DNA of 64,000 nucleotides from Nitrososphaeria archaeon (GTDB lineage Archaea; Thermoproteota; Nitrososphaeria; JACIWG01): NCBI GenBank assembly GCA_029776065.1, contig JARVJP010000009.1, positions 452,514 to 516,513 of the forward strand, read 5' to 3'. Shown piece by piece: positions 57,611 to 64,000 of this stretch (position 1 is its first letter; each line of letters starts with the position of its first letter). The notes under the pieces were generated by a model. It saw only the letters and a program-made list of their open reading frames with translations, ran no database searches and was not told where the DNA came from. The position numbers and the translations under genes were made by a program.

Positions 57611-57686
57611 CGGGCCCGGTGGGATTTGAACCCACGATCTCCAGCTCCGGAGGCTGACGCCTTAATCCATTCTTGGCCACGAGCCC
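57611..57686 (-). tRNA. tRNA-Arg (anticodon CCG)
   Basis: Minus-strand cloverleaf: acceptor GGGCTCG/CGGGCCC, anticodon stem TCAGC/GCTGG with loop CTCCGGA (U33, CCG, G37), T-arm GTGGG-TTCAAAT-CCCAC, discriminator G. Confidence 0.8.
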
Positions 57687-57714
57687 ATTTAACATTTATT
57701 TCTCCTTTTAGGAC

Positions 57715-58488
57715 ATGTTATGCCATATGAATGGTATTATGTTTTATCCTTTACTAGATGAAGCATGTGAATTCATAAATTCTTCTGTAAAGGGGAAAAG
57801 ATTGATTATTTGTATAGGCCTTTTTAGTGTCGAATATCTTGGTAGAAGCTCTTCTAACCTAGGTTTAGGAGAACGGCTTCTAATTATCAAAGAAGATGGT
57901 TCAGTATTGATTCATAGGCGTGCTGGCTATGAGCCTGTCAACTGGCAGCCCCCGGGTTGCATCATAAAATGTAATATGAAGAATGGTAAGCTCCTCTTAC
58001 TATCTGAGCGTAGAAGGCCTAAAGAGTTCTTGAAGGTTACATTTGAAAAGGTGTGTTTAGTTATAGCTACATCATTAGTTGATAAGGCGTGTTTCGAGAT
58101 GGGGCCTATTGAAAATGAATTTTACGGCCTTCTGGTCGCTCATCCTGAATATATAGAGGAAGGGTTAAGGGTTATTTCAAGGCAGAAGAGTATAGCGTCC
58201 GGAGTCCCGGATCTTTTAGGTAAAGACTCTAAAGGAAACTATGTTATAATTGAAGTCAAGAGGAATGTGGCTGGTGTTGATGCTGTAAGGCAATTGGATC
58301 GTTACATAAAAAGCCAACCTGGCCACCTTAGAGGAATATTATGTGCTCCGTCGATTACGAAATCAGCTCTTCTTATTCTGAAGAAGAAGGGGTATGATTT
58401 TAGAAGACTGGATCTGAAGGCTCTCTCCAGTTTAATACCCTTTAAGCCTTGTGAAGAAACTTTAGATAGGCATCTTGATGGTCCTTAA
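57715..58488 (+). CDS. nucS: endonuclease NucS/EndoMS
   Basis: C-terminal RecB-like nuclease motif GVPDLLGKDSKGNYVIIEVKR with an N-terminal dimerisation domain; 257 aa. Confidence 0.8.
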   Translation: MLCHMNGIMFYPLLDEACEFINSSVKGKRLIICIGLFSVEYLGRSSSNLGLGERLLIIKEDGSVLIHRRAGYEPVNWQPPGCIIKCNMKNGKLLLLSERRRPKEFLKVTFEKVCLVIATSLVDKACFEMGPIENEFYGLLVAHPEYIEEGLRVISRQKSIASGVPDLLGKDSKGNYVIIEVKRNVAGVDAVRQLDRYIKSQPGHLRGILCAPSITKSALLILKKKGYDFRRLDLKALSSLIPFKPCEETLDRHLDGP

Positions 58489-58592
58489 CAAAGAGCTGTT
58501 TTCATTGTGTTCACTATTTATGTACTTCTTTACCTTATATTATGGTAACCTTTTTATTGCCCATGTTTGAAAGGTATTTATCATAACGATGT

Positions 58593-58844
58593 ATGAGTAT
58601 GTCTATCCAGCCTAAAAAACCCTTGAATATACTCCAGAAGATGTTAGATAAAGAAGTTGTTGTAAGGCTAAAGAGTAACATTGAATACCATGGGAAGATG
58701 GTAAATGTTGACATTTACATGAACATGATACTGGATAACACTAAAGAATATAATAATGGGCAACAAGCTGCAAGCTATGGTACAGTTGTTATAAGGGGTA
58801 ACAATGTACTCTTCATCAGCTTCAGAAATAGCTCTAATCTTTAA
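58593..58844 (+). CDS. Sm-like archaeal protein (SmAP)
   Basis: PLNILQKMLDKEVVVRLKSNIEYHGKMVNVDIYMNMIL...TVVIRGNNVLFIS Sm1/Sm2 motifs. Confidence 0.8.
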   Translation: MSMSIQPKKPLNILQKMLDKEVVVRLKSNIEYHGKMVNVDIYMNMILDNTKEYNNGQQAASYGTVVIRGNNVLFISFRNSSNL

Positions 58845-58858
58845 AAGAGGAAATTTGC

Positions 58859-60067
58859 ATGCTTATTAAGAATTTTATCCATACTGAAGAGTTAGATGGA
58901 AAACCGGTTTCGTCACAGGAAGTCGAAATCGTGGAGAGGAAAGGATTAGGTCACCCTGACACATTGATAGACGGCGCTTGCGAATCAATGTCTCTGGCTC
59001 TCTGCGACTATTACGAACAGAATTTTGGAAGAATCCTACATCATAATGTAGACAAAGGTTTACTTGTGGGGGGTGAATCTGCTCCCAAGTTTGGCGGCGG
59101 AAAGGTCATTAGGCCGATAACAATTCTAGTTGCTGGCAGGGCTGTTAGTGAGTATAGTCATAAGGGAGTGAAACAGGCTATACCTGTTGGGGAAATTGTA
59201 GATAACGCTGTGAGAAGCTTCTTAAAGAGGACTATAAGGAACCTAGAAATTGACAGAGATGTTGAAATCCAGTTTAGAATAAGGAATCCGTCCAGCGACT
59301 TGAGCTATCTATCGGAAAAAGGGATCGCTAACGACACCTCTATAGGAGTTGGATTCGCCCCGTTCTCAGAAACTGAAAGGATCACTCTGGGAATAGAACA
59401 ATATTTGAACAGGGATGAGACTAAGAAGATTTTTCCGGAGATCGGTGAAGACATCAAGGTTATGGCCTTGAGGAGGGGAAAGGACCTTGACATAACAGTT
59501 GCGATGGCAATGGTCGACAAGTACATTCCTGATAAGAGCCATTATATTAGTGTAATCCAACAGGTTCACGGAAGGCTTCTCGACGTTTTCTCAAAGGATA
59601 TGTCTTTAAACCTATCTATCAAAATCAACAACGCAGACGACTATGAGAATAACAGCTTCTACTTGACGGTAACAGGAACATCTGCCGAATGTGGTGATGA
59701 TGGGAATACGGGTAGAGGTAATCGAGTAACTGGTTTAATCTCTCCGATGAGGATGTACTCTATGGAAGCTACAGCTGGGAAGAACCCCACCATCCATACA
59801 GGGAAGATATATAATGCTCTAGCCCAGTTTGCTGCAGAAAGGATCGCTAAGGAAGTGGGGGGTGTTCAAGAGGTGTATGTGCGATTATTAAGTAGGATTG
59901 GTACGCCGATCTCTGAGCCTACAGTAGCTAGTGTCGCTCTTAGACTGCATAAAGGCTACTCATTTGTCAATGTGAAAAGCGATGTGGAATCGATATTGTC
60001 AGAAGAACTTGCTGATGTAAAGAAGATTACATCCTTAATTAGGCAGAGAAAGATACATTTATATTAA
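58859..60067 (+). CDS. mat: archaeal-type S-adenosylmethionine synthetase
   Basis: ERKGLGHPDTLIDGACE is the signature of archaeal MAT; 402 aa. Confidence 0.9.
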   Translation: MLIKNFIHTEELDGKPVSSQEVEIVERKGLGHPDTLIDGACESMSLALCDYYEQNFGRILHHNVDKGLLVGGESAPKFGGGKVIRPITILVAGRAVSEYSHKGVKQAIPVGEIVDNAVRSFLKRTIRNLEIDRDVEIQFRIRNPSSDLSYLSEKGIANDTSIGVGFAPFSETERITLGIEQYLNRDETKKIFPEIGEDIKVMALRRGKDLDITVAMAMVDKYIPDKSHYISVIQQVHGRLLDVFSKDMSLNLSIKINNADDYENNSFYLTVTGTSAECGDDGNTGRGNRVTGLISPMRMYSMEATAGKNPTIHTGKIYNALAQFAAERIAKEVGGVQEVYVRLLSRIGTPISEPTVASVALRLHKGYSFVNVKSDVESILSEELADVKKITSLIRQRKIHLY

Positions 60068-60951
60068 AACTCTGAGTCCAACCTGGTCACGTAATCGTAC
60101 GCCTTCTCGAACGTGTAGTACACGTTAAACCTTTTGCTGAAGAACCTAAGTACATTTCTCAAGTCTCTTATCAACAGCCTCCCGCTATCTGGACTACTTA
60201 CCAGAACTGATTGAGGCCAATCAATAACATAGAATCTCTCGCCATCATGTAAAATATTGTACTCACTTAGGTCACCGTTTACAATACCCGCTTTTACATA
60301 GGCCAATTTTATCGTGTCCAAGATCGACTTAAGGGCTAACTTAGGGTTATCCAATACCATGACTTTGTTCAACAATACTCCATCAATCTTTTGCATCAAT
60401 ATAGCGTGTCTTTCCCTAGCAATGGCTTCGGGAACAACTCCTCCAACTGCGCGAACCTTCCTCATCGCCCACATCTCCTTGGTTGCTGCGTTTACACACG
60501 CTTTGAGCCAGTTTGCGCTTTCCTCAGCCGGTATTATCTGCCTTTTCTTTTTTACCTCGCGGAAGCTTGTCCTACCAAGTCTGTAAAATTTTATCACATA
60601 GGAGTTTCCTCTGTCATCAGCTACATCAAATATGTCTGCCTCTTTACCAACCCCCACGTTACCCCCGAAGACCGAAATTAGCCCTCTTTTAACGAAAGCC
60701 TTCAATGCTATAGCATCTAGTCCTGTTGAAACCAAATAATACCCTGACTCACCCTTAGATATCATCTTGTTCTTTTGAAGTCTTTCTAATCTAAAAATAA
60801 CTTCATCTCTGTGTAATCTTGTGCTCTTTTCAAGGTACTCAACTTTTGCTTGTTGTATTGAGTTAAGGGCACCTTCTAGGGCGTAAAGTATTCTAAAATC
60901 TCTTTCTTCAAGTCTTCTAAGACAATTCGCTGCAACCTCTGCTGTGGACAT
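60064..60951 (-). CDS. rio2: RIO-type serine/threonine kinase Rio2
   Basis: N-terminal winged HTH (RDFRILYALE), kinase core (VIKFYRLGRTSFR; ILHDGERFYVIDWPQ); 295 aa. Confidence 0.85.
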   Translation of the reverse strand: MSTAEVAANCLRRLEERDFRILYALEGALNSIQQAKVEYLEKSTRLHRDEVIFRLERLQKNKMISKGESGYYLVSTGLDAIALKAFVKRGLISVFGGNVGVGKEADIFDVADDRGNSYVIKFYRLGRTSFREVKKKRQIIPAEESANWLKACVNAATKEMWAMRKVRAVGGVVPEAIARERHAILMQKIDGVLLNKVMVLDNPKLALKSILDTIKLAYVKAGIVNGDLSEYNILHDGERFYVIDWPQSVLVSSPDSGRLLIRDLRNVLRFFSKRFNVYYTFEKAYDYVTRLDSEF

Positions 60952-61460
60952 TGTTTTGCTTGATTCTTAGAAATATTGTTTAAAAAAGGTTTTCAGATTA
61001 TAAATACAAGATATGTGGTAATTACATAATAGGGGAAATAAGGGCGATCATATTTATCTGTTCCATGACCCACTAGCGGTTGTGACGGCGTAGTGGTGAT
61101 GATGCCTATTCCCGCAACTTGAAGGTTACTTCGATTTTTAGAGGTGCCGTTGTTATCTTGGTCCACTTTCTATTTGGGTCATATTTCAGTTCCTTGCTTA
61201 TATCCTTCTTATTGTTAGAGGAATAAGGGGTGTGGTTGCAGGGGTGTTATTCAAAAGTTTAAGGAGGAGCTAAAATGGTAGTGTGTTTGTCTAGTTTTAT
61301 TAGGGCCCTGTTATTGTCATATGCTGTTTTCTATACGAGTTCTATCTCCTAGGTTTAGATGTAGACTTTCTCGAATTACCTTGAAATGGTGTACAGTGTG
61401 CAATAGGTTCTTTGACCGCTCAACTTTATTTATGCTATGATTTACCAGACCATGAGGTTC

Positions 61461-63074
61461 CTAAATAGCTTTGTCTCTTTTTGTAATACAAGCTTGTATG
61501 AATCCTTTGAAAAGTGGGTCTGGTCTTCCTGGTCTGCTCACAAATTCGGGGTGGAATTGTGACGCCATGTAGAATGGGTGTTCCTCTAACTCTATTATCT
61601 CAACTCTTTTCATGTCGTCACTAAATCCTGAGAAGACTAGTCCTCCCTTTTGTAGGCTGTCCCAAAACATGGGATTTATCTCATACCTATGTCTATGTCT
61701 TTCACGTATTTTTGTCGAGCCGTAAAGGTCATATGCCTTGGTCTTCTCTTTAATTATTATGTTGTGACCTCCTAATCTCATTGTGCCACCTAATTCATCT
61801 ACGCATTTTTGTTCAGGAAGAAGGTCTATGACTGGGTAAGGTGTTTCTGGATCGATTTCTGTAGAGTTGGCGTTGCTGTAACCTAAAACGTTTCTTGCAA
61901 ACGAAACTACAGCGAGCTGTAGTCCGAAACAGAGTCCTAGGTATGGGACATTGTTTATTCTCGCATAGTTTGCTGCGATGATCTTTCCTTCGATCCCTCT
62001 ACTCCCAAACCCTCCTGGGACAATTATACCATCATAGTTCTTTAAATCTTCCACTCTGCTTTTTGCTCCCTCAAGTTCCTCTGATTCTATCCAGTTTATT
62101 ATAACCTTGGACTTTAATGCTCCTCCAGCGTGGCATAAGGCGTGGTTGACGCTGACATAGCTATCTGCAAGCTCGGCGTATTTACCTATCATCGCGATGT
62201 GAACTTCCCTCTTAGATTCCACTATGTCCTTTATTATCTCGTTCCAAGTGGATAAGTTGGTGTCGCCGTGAAGGAGTTTTAATCTATCAAACAGTATTTT
62301 TGATATTCCCTGTTCCTCAAGAATTTGTGGTATTAGATAGGGTGATTTTGCGTCAGGGCTTGATAGTACACATTCCTTGGGTACGTTTGTAAATAAAGAG
62401 ATCTTCTCCCTGTTTCCTTCCTTTAATTTTCTCTTCGCTCTAACGATAATTATATCTGGTTGTATACCTATTCTTCTGAGTTCTTGTACGCTGTGTTGTG
62501 TTGGTTTAGTCTTTAGTTCGCCGACCTCCTCAATAATAGGTGCTAGCGTAACGTGGACGAATATCACGTTATCATGCCCTTCTTCCACTCCCATCTGTCT
62601 AAGTGCCTCTAAAAATGGGAGTGCCTCAATATCGCCGACTGTCCCCCCTGATTCAACTATTAAGACTTGAGCGTCATCTTTCCTGGCAGCATGTCTTATT
62701 AGGGACTTTATTTCGTCTGTGATGTGAGGGATTATCTGTACGCATCTGCCCAAGTATTTTCCTTTCCTTTCCCTTTGTAACACATTCATATATACTTGGC
62801 CGGTTGTAATATTGTTGTGTCGAGAAAGGTTTATGTCTAAGAATCTTTCGTAGGTGCCTAGGTCCATATCTGTCTCAGCTCCGTCATCGCAGACAAAGAC
62901 TTCCCCATGGACAATGGGGTTCATGGTTCCCGCATCGACGTTAAGGTATGGGTCCATTTTAAGTACGGAAACTTTTATCCCTGATGACTGGAGGATTCTC
63001 CCAATAGAACCTGTTATAACACCTTTTCCTATCCCACTGATGACTCCACCAGTGACGAAGATATACTTAGGCAT
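61461..63074 (-). CDS. pyrG: CTP synthase
   Basis: MPKYIFVTGGVISGIGKGVITGS N-terminus and the C-terminal glutamine amidotransferase GLCFGLQ; 537 aa. Confidence 0.9.
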   Translation of the reverse strand: MPKYIFVTGGVISGIGKGVITGSIGRILQSSGIKVSVLKMDPYLNVDAGTMNPIVHGEVFVCDDGAETDMDLGTYERFLDINLSRHNNITTGQVYMNVLQRERKGKYLGRCVQIIPHITDEIKSLIRHAARKDDAQVLIVESGGTVGDIEALPFLEALRQMGVEEGHDNVIFVHVTLAPIIEEVGELKTKPTQHSVQELRRIGIQPDIIIVRAKRKLKEGNREKISLFTNVPKECVLSSPDAKSPYLIPQILEEQGISKILFDRLKLLHGDTNLSTWNEIIKDIVESKREVHIAMIGKYAELADSYVSVNHALCHAGGALKSKVIINWIESEELEGAKSRVEDLKNYDGIIVPGGFGSRGIEGKIIAANYARINNVPYLGLCFGLQLAVVSFARNVLGYSNANSTEIDPETPYPVIDLLPEQKCVDELGGTMRLGGHNIIIKEKTKAYDLYGSTKIRERHRHRYEINPMFWDSLQKGGLVFSGFSDDMKRVEIIELEEHPFYMASQFHPEFVSRPGRPDPLFKGFIQACITKRDKAI

Positions 63075-63124
63075 ATCATCCTCTATGCAAATCGATATAA
63101 ATAATTATCGCATGGTGATTTAAT

Positions 63125-64000
63125 TTATATCTCAATCAGCTCTTTTGTGAACTTTGTTAAAACTTTACTTTTTTTTCCTATATGGACTGTGTCTTCTATT
63201 CTTATTCCAAATTTTTTGGGGATATAAACCCCTGGCTCTACTGTTATAACATCTCCCTCGATTAATCTGTCTTTTTGGTTCACCGAAAGCGTTGGTGGTT
63301 CGTGCACTTCTAAACCAACACCATGACCGGTTCCATGGATAAAGCGTTCTGAAAACCTTGAACTTCCAATAATTTTTCTACAGATGTTATCTAAATCACT
63401 TGTCACGGCACCTACCTTTAGCTCCTTAACGCACTCTTCTTGAGCGTTTAGGACTATCTCGTAAGCTTCTTTAGCTTCCTTTGAAGGCTGGCCTAAGACA
63501 AAGGTTCGTGTCTCATCAGCTATATACGCTTTGTATCTAAAGAAGTAGTCGCCTTTGACGATGTCGCCTCTTCTAACCTTCCTACTTGTAAGTTGCGCGT
63601 GAGGGTACGCTGAATTCGGTCCAGAAGCTATTATCACAGGTTCAAAGCCTGAGCTTGTCATCGGCATATCTAAACCGATCTCTACGCCGAAACCAACTAC
63701 CTTTGATGCTATTTCTCTCTCGCTTATTCCCTCCTTGACCGTCTTAACCGTTATATCAAAGAGTTGATCTATCCTTTTCGCTGCTTCTGAAATAGCCTTA
63801 ACTTCGTAGTCGTCCTTTCTTCTTCTGAGCTCATGAAAAGGTTTTGAAGAAATGTTCAGTTTTACTTTAAGTTTTTCCTCAAAGTTACTCTTTTGAGTTG
63901 ACAAGTTATCTTCTGCTAGTATCTTGGAGTTCTTTGGAACATAATTCGATATTATTGAAAGTAAGCTTTTGCCGACTGGTGCACTTACTACCTTCGTGTC
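63125..64000 (-). CDS. M24-family Xaa-Pro dipeptidase/aminopeptidase; the N-terminus continues beyond the window
   Basis: HGTGHGVGLEVHEPP and EPGVY M24 metal-ligand motifs. The minus frame stays open upstream of the track start at 63904 for at least 9 codons (...NSKILAEDN-), so the gene probably extends past 64000. Confidence 0.75.
   Translation of the reverse strand, partial: DTKVVSAPVGKSLLSIISNYVPKNSKILAEDNLSTQKSNFEEKLKVKLNISSKPFHELRRRKDDYEVKAISEAAKRIDQLFDITVKTVKEGISEREIASKVVGFGVEIGLDMPMTSSGFEPVIIASGPNSAYPHAQLTSRKVRRGDIVKGDYFFRYKAYIADETRTFVLGQPSKEAKEAYEIVLNAQEECVKELKVGAVTSDLDNICRKIIGSSRFSERFIHGTGHGVGLEVHEPPTLSVNQKDRLIEGDVITVEPGVYIPKKFGIRIEDTVHIGKKSKVLTKFTKELIEI

Noticed and set aside
60952-61460. 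SRP RNA, RNase P RNA or a C/D box sRNA in the long spacer
   Set aside because: No recognisable universal motifs were seen (no GGAAAGUCCGG P4 region, no SRP domain IV). There is a C-box-like GTGATGA but no matching CTGA D box at the right spacing. I have left it as an open flag in the findings only.

Overview
This 64 kb window looks like a compact archaeal chromosome segment (about 40% GC, genes packed on both strands). The archaeal assignment rests on an archaeal histone, Alba, ribosomal proteins L40e, L38e and S17e, an archaeal-type AspRS, ArcTGT, archaeal S-adenosylmethionine synthetase, NucS, Sm proteins, archaemetzincin, a class I nucleotidyltransferase motif and an intron-bearing tRNA. 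Most of the window is housekeeping: AspRS, TIM, CTP synthase, TatAC, HtrA, HtpX, pyruvoyl-dependent arginine decarboxylase (PdaD), TsaC, a PRTase, Rio2, plus three tRNAs (Val-CAC, Glu-CUC with a non-canonical intron, Arg-CCG).

Three loci stand out.
- At 6.2-9.0 kb there is a Cdv/ESCRT cell-division operon with two tandem ESCRT-III (CdvB) paralogues followed by Vps4/CdvC.
- At 19.6-26.6 kb there is an AT-rich Tad/Epd-like type IV pilus locus. Four divergently transcribed N-terminal-TM pilin-like genes face a FlaI/TadA ATPase, a split TadB/TadC pair and a 73-aa Flp-like pilin. This is immediately followed by an additional DUF87 HerA/VirB4-type ATPase, which is reminiscent of Ced/Ted DNA-transfer machinery.
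- At 41.3-57.5 kb, abutting tRNA-Arg, there is a complete P2 / R-type-pyocin-like contractile tail module with no capsid, terminase or integrase genes. It reads sheath FI, tube FII, E-like chaperone with an A9 slippery run and a 71-codon +1-frame extension, tape-measure-like, U-like, D-like hub, gpV spike, gpW/gp25, gpJ, gpI-like, then fibre-like genes. It is followed by a 713-aa protein carrying a metzincin HEMGHALFLDH motif (putative effector), an unknown 492-aa protein and a convergent PAAR protein. This is a candidate archaeal tailocin/extracellular contractile injection system (eCIS) and is the most interesting element.

All calls are made by eye from motifs and gene order; no database searches were run.
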